Assembly (NCBI RefSeq): GCF_001194135.2 | Contig: NC_068986.1 | Location: 72,049,434 to 72,095,648 of the forward strand | From: Octopus bimaculoides | Lineage: Eukaryota | Reading direction: 5' to 3' | Length of the DNA stretch: 46,215 nt | Shown: piece by piece, positions 24,620-37,534 of the stretch | How positions within the stretch are numbered: the stretch's first letter is position 1 | How the letters are laid out: every line of letters begins with the position of its first letter | Program-made: the position numbers and the translations under genes | The notes under the pieces: generated by a model | What the model saw: only the letters and a program-made list of their open reading frames with translations | Told to the model about the DNA's origin: nothing | The model's database searches: none

Positions 24620-25574
24620 AACTTTAGATTTCTCATTAGTTCTCCACAGATCTCTTATCCTCGATTTTTGATGAGACATCCACGTCCGTCAGGCAGCTGA
24701 TCTCTTCAAAAATGCATGGATATTGCTCCCTATCTCACAGAACAATATCTGGCCTATTGTGCTCGTGTGAACTCATTATTATCTTTACATTTTATTAATG
24801 TGGTTAACCATCCAATATGGCGGCGCAGACTGTTGATGTTTGCTTCAAGCTTTGTTTTCCATCTAGGTTGCTTCCCTTTAATAATCTTCTTGCCATGTCT
24901 ACTGCAGATTTCTCCAAATCGTTCTTTAAGGGTGATAGCATCTGCGTATATGAGGGTATTAATCACCCATTAATTGATATTACATAATTCCATGTGCTCT
25001 TCAACGATATCGTCGATAACTTTCCGCATTAGAGAAGCTGGATTTTCTCTTAATCTTGTTGCAAATGGCTTGTCGTTCAACGATAGTTTCGAAAAAGTAG
25101 AAAAGATTTCTATGAACTGTGGTTTCAGGTTGTTTCCAAGTTGAATATATTCCACAGCCGTCTCTGTCGACTCAGTTACATTTGAAGATACACGAGAATC
25201 CGATCATGGCGGCACCGGTCTATTTACAGTCTCTCTAATGGCATAATTTGGCCAGCTTCCGGTATTTTAAGATCAGTTAGCATCATGAAAGCAAGCGTTT
25301 GCTTTTGGTTTGGTTTTAAAAGTTTGTTGCCAAAGCTATTTCGTTCAAAGGAGTTAAAATTGTGGTGAGTTTCGTCCCAGTATTTTTTTAACCATTTAAT
25401 ATAGCTAATGGAATGGTCATCACGGGCCTTTTCATAGCACCGAAGAAGATCTTGGTTCAGATATGAAGTCCAAGTAAAATGACAAGAGTATTTATGTCTT
25501 CTGAAATAGCTTACATTGGTGGTGTTTTTATTAATTTCAATTATGATCGTGCGAGCAGAACACCACGTGGTCTA
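24620..25574 (-). mobile_element. R4/Dong-like (RLE-clade) non-LTR retrotransposon, N-terminal ORF fragment
   Basis: Reverse strand WTSYLNQDLLRCYEKARDDHSISYIKWLKKYWDE, INTLIYADAITL and QPRWKTKLEANINSLRRHIGWL resemble the pre-RT region of R4/Dong/Rex6 ORFs; no RT motifs follow. Confidence 0.72.
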
Positions 25575-26441
25575 AGGTACGTTTTTTTGTTTTTTTAATC
25601 CGGTCAGAATAACATTATGTTGGTAAGTAAAGGGAGTTTCTCTTATTTCTAATAAGAGAAATAAACCACTCACTGTTTTAGGCTGGATGAATAGGCATAA
25701 TTGTTGAAGTAAACATTCAAATAGTAATGGTCCTCAACGCTTGCACGTATGATGTTGACAGTACCATATATGTATGCTTGTAGATGTATATATGTGCATA
25801 TGTCTATGTGTGTGCTTGTGTCTGTGCGAGCATCTTTTGGCAGTAAAACAAAAATAAAACAACTTCACGAACAAAATCTCTTAGTGTATATTTTTTATAT
25901 ATATATACATCGAGAAACAAATACTTCATTCTCACTTTCAATTTCAGAAATATTATGAGTCAACGGTTGGGTTGATGCAAATCTATAAACAAATACGCTT
26001 CTGCTCACCAACTACATATAAATTTTAAAAAAAAAAACAGATCAAGTGAATGCCTCTTACATATACATACATCGTAGACTATGTCCAAAAAAGATATTAT
26101 TAAGCTGACTGACAAATATTCACTCTCCAACAGTTACAACTGGCTCTCATAAACACGGTTCCCTTTTTCTGCAGGTCCACCAGTGGCTCCACCTGCGATC
26201 ACTCAGAGTCGCACTTCTCAAATGATTAACGAACGCTGGCATTTTTACCCAACCACATTTTTCCTACAATCAACCTATAAATGCTCAAACAGAACATCAG
26301 TTGTACCGATCCTACTACCCAATTAGGGACTACAAATGCTATTAGAAGTGACACTCTTTCTCTAATTAGACATAAAAAAGAATTTCTGACATTTTCTTTT
26401 TGATCATATGTGTGTAAGTGAGTGCATGTGTGTGAGTGCGT

Positions 26442-26444
<3 letters not shown>

Positions 26445-26516
<72 letters not shown>
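26445..26516. repeat. (TG)n microsatellite
   Basis: Seen directly. Confidence 0.95.
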
Positions 26517-26517
<1 letters not shown>

Positions 26518-26789
26518 ATAAACTTGCAGTTATGTAGTGGATGTGCATTTCGCTTAAGTCCACAAGTGTGCGTTTTTCATCGTTTATCGCTGTGCGTATG
26601 TATTCCATATGTATATAGGTACGTAAATTTTTTTTTAATCTGTGATTTGTTTACATGAATAATTATCAACTCTATTTTTCATCACGTTTATGTGAAACCG
26701 TTTTTCAATCTCTATTTCTTTATCGACTATAAAATTGAGTTACCTCTCTCCACATTTTACACTACTCTTGATAAGTTAATCACATCAAA

Positions 26790-27250
26790 AAATAGAGTTC
26801 TTGGCAAGGAGGGGTGTAGGCCGTCTGACATCCACAGAAGGCTATTTACAGAGATAACAGCATTGACAAGAGTAATGTGCAAAGATAGTGTAAGCCAACA
26901 TTCAAGTCAAACTACGCAATGGGAGACCATCAACTATGATCACTAATGCAGATCACCAGTCAATGAAGTGGCTGAAATGATTCGTGCAGACAGATAAGTT
27001 ATAATTTGTGGATTTCCTGCACAACTGGACTGTGATCACAAACCATAAAAGATGGTGGAAGACCTTGGGAATCGGAAAGTGTACAAAATGGATACCTAAG
27101 CATCTGACACCCGATTTGAAGGTGAGAAAGGTGAAGTATGCTCTGATCTGGTAGCCAATGAAGACACCTTTTTTTTTTCCTTTTTTTTTTATCTGCTGAC
27201 AGGCATGAAATATGGCTGTATCTCTATGATCCGAAAAGAAGGCTCAGGGT
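26790..27250 (+). mobile_element. Old mariner transposase remnant, 5' half
   Basis: Across frameshifts: IEFL, EGCRPSDIHRRL, RDNSIDKSNVQR, GRPSTMIT, EMIRADR, LGNRKV, WIPKHLT, TG(D)EIWLYLYDP. Confidence 0.75.
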
Positions 27251-27361
27251 TACACTAATATCCAAAAGCTTAAGATCACCTACAAAAGTCTGTTTCAAAG
27301 TGGAAATTTTAGTTCAATGTCATCGACTTAGATAATTGTTTGGTATAAAAATATGGAATAA

Positions 27362-28834
27362 CATACTACATAAAGTTTAGGGTTTATTCGATATATAACA
27401 ACACTATTTATACTTATTTTATATGCAAATAATCATATTTCTTTACGGCAAGCTTATTTGGGAATGTTGTCAAAATCATTTTAGTGCCCACTTTTTGGCA
27501 ACATTGCGATATATTTTGATTATTTATACTCTTTATGTGCTGTTTGCTGAGATAACATCACTTAAGGACTGCGTTAAATATGTTATTGTTTCTTTTAGGC
27601 TCAATTATTAAAAATAAGTAAAATTTGTGAAATTCCTGAAAATTAACCTAAATATGGACAAAATCAATAATCTATTACCTGAAAAGAGACAATGCATTTT
27701 CACATTACGTAGTGAAGGCTATAGTTTTCGAGGTATAGCCAAAAAAGTTACAGTTTCCCACACTACCGTCCGCTCCGCCATTGTAAGGTATAATGAAACA
27801 GGAAAACATTACGACATAGCTTGGTCAAGTCGTCTAAAAGTCACATGATAAGTTCATCAGAGTCATCAGTCTTCGAAACAGGTACTTGACAACAAATGAA
27901 ATCGCTTCACAAATAGGTGAGACCGGCGAAGCTAAAGTATCCCCTGCAACCGTGAGGAGAAGACTCGTTGCTGCTGGTCTAAATGGCCGTTGCGCTTCTC
28001 GAAAACCACTGCTTCGGCCTTTGAATAAACGTAACTCATATGGGCCAGAAAACACCAAGCCTGAACCGTTGATCAATGGAAACGAGTCCTCTGGACTGAT
28101 GAATCAAAGTTTGAAATCTTCGGATCCCGGCGAAGAATTGGTGAACGGATGACTCTTGAATGTATAGTTCCACCTGTAAAGCATGGTGGAGGAAGTGTGA
28201 TGATCGGGAAGTGTTTTGCAGGCATTATTGTTGGGGATATTCAGTGGGTAACAGGAATATTGAACCAAAACGGGTATCACTCTATCCTCCAGTGTCATGG
28301 TATTCCATCCGGGACGAGGCTGATCGGTAATAATCCGTGCTGATGCAAGATAACGATCCTAAACATACTTCTAAGTTCTGCAAAACTATTTACAGAAGAA
28401 AATGGATGAAAAATAGTTGACTGTAATGGAATGACCAGCCCAATCTCCTGATTGCAATCCTATCGAAATTGTGTGGTATGATTTGGATCGTAGAGTCAAA
28501 AAGCGACAACCAAGTAGTACAGAAATCCTCTGGACATTTTTTACAAGAGGAGTGGCAAAATATTACCAGCGAATATGTGATTTCATTGGTCGAAAGAATG
28601 CCCTGAGTATGCTCCGCAGTGATCAAGGCGAAGGGCGGATATTTCAATGAGTTTAAGATTTAGAGTTTTTCTCTGATTTTTTTAGTTTTGTTTAGTTGCT
28701 GAGTTAATTATGTCATCGAAGGAATGTAATTATTCATTAATACAATATTTCACCAGAATCTCTCCGTTATTTTCATTTTGTAGGTATTTTTTTCAAAATA
28801 AGTTTAGGTGAACTTAAACCTTTGGATAGTAATG
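27362..28834 (+). mobile_element. Tc1-family transposon with DD38E-type (Intruder-like) catalytic spacing, decayed
   Basis: Transposase remnant 27654-28663; degenerate TIRs (catactacataaagtttaggg left, cattactatccaaaggtttaag on the right inverse); TA at 28835-28836. Confidence 0.88.
27654..28663 (+). pseudogene. Tc1/DD38E transposase pseudogene
   Basis: TVRRRL, RKPLL, WTDES (D at 28098), KHGGGSVM, QDNDPKHTSK (D at 28349), PAQSPDCNPIE (E at 28465), AKGGYF; several stops and frameshifts. Confidence 0.9.
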
Positions 28835-28854
28835 TACCTTTTAAGTAATACTTA

Positions 28855-29050
28855 AAGTTCAAGAACCAACGATCAGCACAGTCATGACAACTTTCTCTGT
28901 TGTGGTCAATGCCTTATCTGTCTAACTCTAAGGTACGAGAGAGAAACAAGCTGTGCAGGTTCTTAAGTGCTGTAAACATAAATGCAGAAACAAAAAGGAA
29001 TACAAGAACAGACCGCATCCAAGTACACAAACCCAACCCTCATCAACTTC
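28855..29050 (+). mobile_element. Probable continuation of the old mariner after the Tc1 insertion
   Basis: KFKNQRSA..VMTTF (KFK..PSAGKVMATVF-like) and NRPHPS (NARPHTS-like). Confidence 0.45.
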
Positions 29051-29103
29051 ACAGTTGCTGGAAAGAGTAACAGCTATTTAATAAAAGAGGTAGGAAATGA
29101 TTC

Positions 29104-29314
29104 TTTCTAATTTTGGCACAAAGCCAGCAATTTCAGGGGTAATAAGGTTACACGGCCCCCAGTGTTCAAGTGGTACTTATTTTATCGACCCCGAAAGGAT
29201 AAAAGGGTAAAGTAGACTTCGATGGAATTTGAACTCGGAATGTAAAGAACCAGAAGAATCACCGGGAAGCATTTTGATCGACGTACTAACGATTCTGTTG
29301 TCTCACTGCCTTCC
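29104..29314 (-). mobile_element. SINE family A, diverged
   Basis: ggcacaaagccagcaatttc...ggtacttattttatcgaccccgaaagg...ggaatttgaactc. Confidence 0.85.
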
Positions 29315-29684
29315 ACTTATCTTATCCAAAAGCATCGTCAGATCGATTTTTTTTATATACACACATAGACTCGGGATCATACTAAAAAAAAAAAATAAAT
29401 ATCGTTTTGACATAAATCCTATACGAATGAAAATACTTCGTTTAAAAGTAGTTCAGAATGGTCTTTCGTGAACTTCTACCTCAATTAGCAAGAAGACCGG
29501 ATTGTCCGACTTTCTTCGGAAACCAAGACGGGTTCATTTTTCTTTCTTCGATCAAAATTTTCTGCATTTAGAATGATAGTACAAAATATTCATGACCTGG
29601 ACTCATCCTGCAAGCAAGGTTGCTTTTTTCGGCGCCCTTGTTTTCAGTGAAGATGGTTGAGCTGTTTTACTGGGNNNNNNNNNN

Positions 29685-29746
<62 letters not shown>
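29685..29746. repeat. (TG)n next to a 10-N gap
   Basis: Seen directly. Confidence 0.95.
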
Positions 29747-29751
<5 letters not shown>

Positions 29752-31685
29752 ATTTATTACGTAATATGCATAAAATAAAAGTTTTCATCTGTAACATTGT
29801 GTTCATACAGAGAGAAAATGTCTTAAATTTCCGCTTGTCATATACACGGAAACAGAGCGAGATGAAATTATTCAGAATGAATATGCTTTTACTTGAAATA
29901 CAACCGTCTTATGTATTCAAACTTCATACGAAGTTTTCTATTAATAATGAATTCAAGATTTAAAGCTATTTATTGAGCTTTTATAAAAAGATAATTCTTA
30001 AAATACATCTGTAAGTGTCTTTGCTGAACAGTTTATGAAAGTGAGTAATAAATTTCAAAGCATAAATTGGTCACAGTTAAACATAGCAGTTGAACATCTC
30101 TGAAATCAAACAATAAAACACCGTGTTATAATATAGTCTTAGACACCTCATCTTTAACATTTCTTTTCAATGTTGATTTGGGATAAATAGTACAATTTCG
30201 GAGATTTTTTTTTCTCACTGTAGAGAAATATGCCAACATCTGGTAACAATTTATCTCGAAAATTAGACAATTATATGGTACTAGGCAGGATTGAAAAATT
30301 TAGCTTCACAAGTATTGATATTTTGTTTTTAACATGAAAGCTATTCTGAACCTCCTGATCAAACGTTCTGTCAGCAACTTCTCATATACAATACATAGAA
30401 CGTAAAGTAGTTTTTTAATACAGTTGGAGAAATACGAAACGGCAATTTTTAAATTGTTTTACCTAAACGAATTAAAATACATTTCATTTTCATCTGCTCC
30501 TTACTGTAGAAAAATATTACTGCAATAATACAATAGAAATGTTTTGTAACAAATAGTTAAGCGTTAGAGAATGTTCCAAGTGTTTCACAAAGGTAATCAG
30601 AACTCCACTTTTAAAAAAATTAAGTGCTTCCAATCATGAACTATTGCGTAACTCTCATTTATTTCTATAAACGATATTGATTTTTATCCTTTAAATTCTT
30701 ACTTCCATATGACTTTAATACACTGTTAGTAATGGTAGTCCTAACATTACTATTAAAGATTCTGAGGAGTTTGCGGCTAAATATAACAACTGCAAAGGTA
30801 ATTCTAATCACTGATAGAGATAATTTTGCATGCAATTTAATTCCCCATACAACAATTAGGTTTAGCTTCTCCTTTTCTTCATCCTCCTCTTTCCCCTACA
30901 AAGAAATTCAAAATGCTCACTCATGTGGAGTTTCAATATTGATTTCTTACTAAGGCAAAAAGTTCATTGCGTAAAAGAAAAGAGGCAAAGTCGAATGATT
31001 CAATTCAATTATTTTAGTGTTACTCATTTATCAACTACTCCTAAACTGAAATCTCAGAGTGATTTGAAATTGGAAGTATGTCTGGAATACGTCTGGTTCC
31101 TTCAATTCTGTTCGCTCTTCAGTTGCGATTTCTAAGGGTCGATTTATTTCTATTTTGTAGGCAGATTAAAGAGCTTAAATATATTTTAACATCAACTGAT
31201 TACTACACGTTTGGTATGTACTCCATGGTTCTATGCTCGGATTTCATCAAACTTGCAATAATTTGAGTATAAGCTTTACATCAGAACAGCTCATTTAATT
31301 TATAAGTGGGATTTTCCTTTTCTTTTACAACAATATTGTAATATTTAAGCATACGCCTCCCAAGTATGCTAGTTATAAAAGCCACTTCATCCTTTAATAC
31401 AATGCAGTCAAATGCTTTAATCCGTGTGAATTCAATCTAACTTACCAAGGTCCAAAGAAGGGTGAAACACGGTTGAAGTGGAATTCAGACCGTATAGAGA
31501 TGAAACTAGATAATGCAAATAGTATCGTCCAACGCTCTACCTAATCTGCTCAGATAACAACACAAATCATACAAACTATATCTGCAAGAAATTTCTATGA
31601 TTTAAAGGTAACATAGTTTAGAATCAAATGGCCTAACTTGTAATTAACTATTACAAATCAATGATGATATAAATGGGTATAATAA

Positions 31686-31901
31686 TGGTTTCAAATTTTG
31701 GCACAAGGCAAGCAATTTGGTGGGAAGGGATAAGTCGATTACATTGAACTGAGTGCTCAACTGGTATTTATTTTATCGATCCTAAAATGATAAAAGGCAA
31801 AGTCGACCTCGTCAGTATTTAAACATAGAACGTAAAGACAGACGAAGTACCGCTAAGGATTTTGCCCGGCGTGCTAACAATTCTGCCATCTCGTCGCCTT
31901 A
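31686..31901 (-). mobile_element. SINE family A, full length
   Basis: Tail, core and head match other copies. Confidence 0.9.
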
Positions 31902-31984
31902 AATGTGAGCATAATATCAATTTATCTATTTTATCTAATCTATCTAATCTAATTTAACTACAATTCGTTGAACTTGTTATGTAT

Positions 31985-32234
31985 CTTTTATCCTTTTGTT
32001 TCTCTATCTGGATTGTGACTGTGCAGAGACACTCCTTTGATGGGTTTTAGCCGAACAAATCAACCGCAGTACATTTTTTTAAGCCTGTTACTTATTCTAT
32101 CGGTTTCTTTTGCCAAACCGCTAAGTTACGTGGACGTAAACAAACCAACATGGTTGTCAAGTGCTGGGAGACAAACACAAACTCACACACACACATACAT
32201 ACACACACATACATACACACACACACAGACACAC

Positions 32235-32282
<48 letters not shown>

Positions 32283-32445
32283 AAACTTATATATATATAT
32301 GACGGGATTCTTTGAGTTTCTGTCTACCACATCCGTTCACATGGTCAGGGGCTATAATAAAAGACATTTGTCCAAGGTAACACGCAGCTGAACTGAATCT
32401 AAAACCATGTAGTTGATAAACAAGCTTGGTACCACACATGCCTAC
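31985..32445 (-). mobile_element. SINE family B with internal (CA)n/(TA)n
   Basis: Tail (ccgctaagttacgtggacgtaaac...ggttgtcaag) and head (gacatttgtccaaggtaacacgcag...aaccatg) match 44284-45016. Confidence 0.82.
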
Positions 32446-32884
32446 TCCCTGTATAAAAAACGTCATATAAAGAATATATATTTGAAGTCAAATTAAACAT
32501 TTGTACAGGATTACAAACTTCATAAACTATGAAGGTGAAACCAGCGAGCGAAAAAAAATTATCAGAAAATAAAATACGGTAACTGACCAGGCCACCAAAG
32601 AAATTGGGTACAAAAGCATTTATTTCGAAGACTTGAATGATCTAGAAATCGATTGGTTCGATGTTGAATTGCAGCTAATGATGCCATGTTGAAAAAAACA
32701 GTCCCTGTCCCATGAGGTTTTTGTCGCTAGTATATACAATCTCTAGATTTGTCTTCGTTTGTCGTTTTGTTCTTAGTCTTGTTCTTCGCAATTTCGATGA
32801 CGTCTTATGTCACTCAACCATTAACTGATTGCAAACAACGAAATCAAAGGTATATGAAAAACGTTTCCTAATTTATCATATTAT

Positions 32885-32886
<2 letters not shown>

Positions 32887-32954
<68 letters not shown>
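32887..32954. repeat. (TC)n microsatellite
   Basis: Seen directly. Confidence 0.95.
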
Positions 32955-32955
<1 letters not shown>

Positions 32956-32958
<3 letters not shown>

Positions 32959-33380
32959 GGCAAATATCTTCAACTATAGTCCCAACCTTACCAAAGCCTC
33001 GCAAGTGGGTTTGGTAGAGAGAAATTAAATAAAGCCCGTCGTATATATGTGAGGAGATCTTTGTACGTGCATGTATGTGCCTGTGCGTATGTGTGCGTGT
33101 GTGTATATGTGTGCATGTGTGTGCGTGTGTATATATGCGTGCGTGTGTGCCTGTGTGTGCGTGTGTGCATGTTTATTATAGCCCCTTCCCCACTTCTCAA
33201 CCATTGTTGCTTTGTTTATGTCCCTGTAACTTACCAATTCGCCAAAATACATTGATAGAATAAGTACTAAGCATTAAAAAAAATAAAATAATTACCGGGG
33301 TTGATTTCTTCGACTAAACCCTTGAAGACGGTACTCCAGCATAGCTGCAATCTAATGAGGGAAACAAAAGAGAAAAGATA
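32956..33380 (+). mobile_element. SINE family B, 5'-truncated, internal (TG)/(TA) tract
   Basis: ttgggcaaatatcttcaactatag...aagcccgtcgtatatatg, then tail gatagaataagtact...cgactaaacccttgaagacggtactccagcat. Confidence 0.82.
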
Positions 33381-35175
33381 TATACATATACATGTATATG
33401 TGTGCATATATACATACAAGTTTGTGTGTGTGTGTGTGCGTGTGTGTGTGTGTGCGTGTTTGTATATCCGCGTGTGTTGTATGTATATATGTATGTACGT
33501 GTATATTCAATCTTGTATTTTATTTATTTGATTTTTATATTTATATGTATTTATATGTTTCACCGGTTGTAACCATTTCATTTCACTTTTTATAGAAATT
33601 GATAATAATGCATATCTTAACAGTCTTTTATAAATCTCCCGAATAACAGCATTTGTGTTTAAATTGCCGACTCGATATCACTTCGCTGATACAACTTGTT
33701 TGAGAGATAATTGAACATGACGCTATCTCATTTACCATCACGTATAAGATATGATACTTTATACATGCATTTAAGAAATATACAATGAGATCCAAATAAA
33801 AATCTGATTTGATGTTTAGATATAATTCTTGTTTGATTTTTTTTTTTTAATCAACAAGTGCTACTTGTTTAAAAGCATTATTTGCAAAATCGTACCAGAA
33901 TTCTTCTTGCTAACTCTGGTATTCTTAATTCATGCCACTTTAAAATATCTTACACGCTTTATGTTATTTTATTACTGCCTAAGGCCTTCCTCTTGTACCT
34001 TTCTGTATAACTGTCAAAGATTTATTAGGTCGAAGTAGACATTGATCAATATCACGTTAAATGCATTCCGTCTTGTTTTCTACAGCTATTACTTTTTCTC
34101 CGCAAAAAGAATAGCCTGTGTCATAATGTTTAGAGTGAAATGAAGATATTTGTCTCTTCTTTGACATTCAAATCAATACCGAAAGACTACTGTTTTTAAA
34201 CCTAATTCCCAAGATAGAATTAAACTATGCAAATGTTTTCATTTCTAGTAGAAGCATAGCTGTAGTAGATCGATGAATACTCTCCGCTGAATAAAAGAGA
34301 ACATTGTCTTCATTAATATTGATGGATTCTATAACTATGAGAACCCTTTAATAAATAACAAAATGGAATGGCTCAGTTATTTATTTATTTGAACGACTCG
34401 CAAATGAGCTACAGTTTCTCCGCCAGTGGTAAGTGGCATGGACATTTGTTTTATTATTCATCTGTTTGTACCAGTCTCAATTATACTCATTGCTTTTCAC
34501 CTGGTTTCAATAAACCAAGTAAATACTGTTCTATGACACAAATTTCCTGGCTGAAGTATGTCCTTGCTGTTGAATCCATTATTAAGCGACTTTCTATTCA
34601 AGACTAGCTGTTTCTGAACCTTAAGACTAACCTCAATTATAACTTAGAGAACAACGATTTCCAAATCAGTGACTGGTAAGGCAGGGTCCCACTAGCTTTA
34701 TCAAAACAGTCAAGTATGTTACGGTTTCTAACTCCCAGATATGAAGATGGAAAAGCTCCCAGCTAGTAAGGTGCTGTCGCGAACCCTACTTTTTAAAATA
34801 GAAAATCCGTCTAAATTATTCGCCAAAGATGAAAGATTGGTGAACGTTTGTCAAAAGAACAACATAACAGAACTAACAATCGTTGATTCATTGATGTGGA
34901 ACCTAAATCAAAATGATACAAAGAGAAAAGTAAACACGTTTTAAACATATATGGTGATAACAAAGATAAATAATATAGTCCAGTAATCCTACTAATAAAG
35001 TAGTCTGTTTTCTGAACAATAGCTATGTACTTGATAATGTAATTATTGTATCATAATATTTAAATATACTATTTGAATAGTTTATAAAAGAAACTATTAT
35101 TGCGGAAGTCTCGAAATATAGTATCACCCCCGCTCTTACATATAGTGAAATTGAGCAAAACACAATTCAAGGCTT

Positions 35176-35177
<2 letters not shown>

Positions 35178-35213
<36 letters not shown>

Positions 35214-35306
35214 GGCAGGCAGACAGGCAGACAGACAGGCAGGCAGAAAGACAGACAGCCAGACAGGTAGGTAGGTAGGTAGGTAGGTAGGTAGGTAGGT
35301 AGATAA

Positions 35307-35352
<46 letters not shown>

Positions 35353-35384
35353 TATATATATAGATTATATGTATATATATATAT
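35178..35384. repeat. Compound (CAGA)-(CAGG)-(TAGG)-(TAGA)-(TA) microsatellite before a 484-N gap
   Basis: Seen directly. Confidence 0.95.
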
Positions 35385-35868
35385 NNNNNNNNNNNNNNNN
35401 NNNNNNNNNNNNNNNNNNNNNNNNNNNNNNNNNNNNNNNNNNNNNNNNNNNNNNNNNNNNNNNNNNNNNNNNNNNNNNNNNNNNNNNNNNNNNNNNNNNN
35501 NNNNNNNNNNNNNNNNNNNNNNNNNNNNNNNNNNNNNNNNNNNNNNNNNNNNNNNNNNNNNNNNNNNNNNNNNNNNNNNNNNNNNNNNNNNNNNNNNNNN
35601 NNNNNNNNNNNNNNNNNNNNNNNNNNNNNNNNNNNNNNNNNNNNNNNNNNNNNNNNNNNNNNNNNNNNNNNNNNNNNNNNNNNNNNNNNNNNNNNNNNNN
35701 NNNNNNNNNNNNNNNNNNNNNNNNNNNNNNNNNNNNNNNNNNNNNNNNNNNNNNNNNNNNNNNNNNNNNNNNNNNNNNNNNNNNNNNNNNNNNNNNNNNN
35801 NNNNNNNNNNNNNNNNNNNNNNNNNNNNNNNNNNNNNNNNNNNNNNNNNNNNNNNNNNNNNNNNNNNN

Positions 35869-37530
35869 CACTTCGCTTAATTTAGGCTTTTTGGACTTTC
35901 TTCGCTTTTTACACTTGCAGGTCGTTTCATTAGAAACATATCAAGAGAAGTCTGCTTTTTCCTACCTTTCAAAATATTACGAAAATGCGATAGAGCAGTG
36001 TCATTAAATTAAGCAGCTGAACGACCTGCAGCTACTTTTTCAGGATGATATTTATCTACAAATTCAGAAACATACTGCCACTTTGCCAGCATTGCCTTTA
36101 TGTGACTCGTAGAGATAGCATTCTCCGCTACACTTCTCCTCCGGGGAACCAATCTCTTCCGCCGCATCCAAATGCTGCTGCTTCTGAAGTTGCAGGAGTT
36201 CATCTGTCGTCAGCTCCTCTGAGTGTTCCTCAACGAGATCGTTAATGTCCCCATCATCAATCTTGAGGCCTATGGACTTGCCAAAAGACACTATCTCCTC
36301 GACTACAGGTGTCTCAGACTCAAACCCCTCGAAGTCACTTTTGGATACGCAATCAGGCCACAATTTCCTCCATGCAGAATTCAGCGTTCTCCTCGTTACA
36401 CTCTGCCAGGCTAAAACTCACGAAGGGTTAGATTTGTATTTTCGATGACTTCAAAGCACCGACGAAACGGGTTGTTTGGAGTACAATGTCTTAAAATTAG
36501 AAATCACCTGTTGGCCCATAGGCTACAAGATAGGGGTGGTGTTGCGTGAAAGGTACAGAACTTTTATGAATTTAAATTCGTCCAGGATATCATCTTCGAG
36601 GTTAGGAGGGTGAGCAGGAGCATTGTCAAGGATAAGGAGGACCTTGAGAGGAAGACTGCTCTCCAGAAGGTACATTTTCACTGCTGGTCGGAAGACACGG
36701 TTGACCCACTCAGAGAAGAATAGCCTGGTGACCCAGGCTTTAGCGTTTTCCGCATGACCTGCAGCTTCTCCTTCAGGATTTTGTGCGACATTAATGATCG
36801 TGGGTTTTCGGAATGGTAGACAAGGAGCGGCTTAATCTTCAAGTCTCCTCTCGCATTGACACAAAAGACAGAAGTTATCCTATCTTTCATAGGCTTATGG
36901 CCTAACATTTTCTTCTCTTCTGCAGTTATGTAGGTTCTTCTGGAAGTTTTGCTCAAAAAAAGGCCAGTTTCATCACAGGTGAATACCTGTTGTGCAATGT
37001 ACCCCTCGGCTGCGATGAACTGACGGAATTCACGCACAAATTCTACAGTTACATTCGTGTCAGAACTCGCTGCCTCTCCATATCTGACGACGCTATGAAC
37101 ACTAGTCCTCTTCTTGAAATTATTAAACCAGCCACGACTGGCCTGCTGATGTCTCGTCTGTCGATGTTCCAGAGTTCTGCTTCAGGAGATCTCCATACAG
37201 CGCTCGTGCTTTCTCTCAGATGATGGTCTCTGCAATCCCATCCCCAGCGAGTTGCTTCAAGAGAAGCAATTTTTCCATCCTTTCGTGGAGAGGTGTGCGT
37301 TGCTTAGAGAGGCTGGAGACACCCTTTGCTGTTGTGACAGCCTTGATCTCGTCCTTTTTCTTCAAGATGGTGCAGATCGTCGACGTACTTCGATCGTATT
37401 GATGTGCTATGTCCACTACAGGCACTCCTCTCTCATGTTTATCTATGATTTTGTTCTTCAATTCTGTCGTAATCGGTTCATACAGCAAATTACTCTTACA
37501 ATGGTGCACTCGTACTGCGAGGTTCTACTG
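35869..37530 (-). mobile_element. pogo/Tigger (TIGD1-like) DNA transposon, decayed; 3' end in the gap
   Basis: Reverse strand: TA|CAGTAGAACCTCG terminus at 37530; CENP-B-like HTH ELKNKIIDKHERG..STSTICTILKKK; QVFTCDETGLF, KDRIT, KIKPLLVYHSENPR, ILDNAPAHPP, PMGQQVI, DINDLVEEHSEELTTDEL, QTSLDMF; frameshifts and stops. Confidence 0.93.
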
Positions 37531-37534
37531 TATT

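Noticed and set aside
25496-26290. Apparent plus-strand exon pair (donor AG|gtacgt near 25577, acceptor ctgcag|G near 26171)
   Set aside because: The first part lies antisense within the R4-like open frame, and the joined product is short with no recognisable similarity.
34501-34579. Minus-strand ATG...CAG|GTGAAA segment encoding MDSTARTYFSQEICVIEQYLLGLLKP
   Set aside because: No similarity I can name and no compatible downstream exon.
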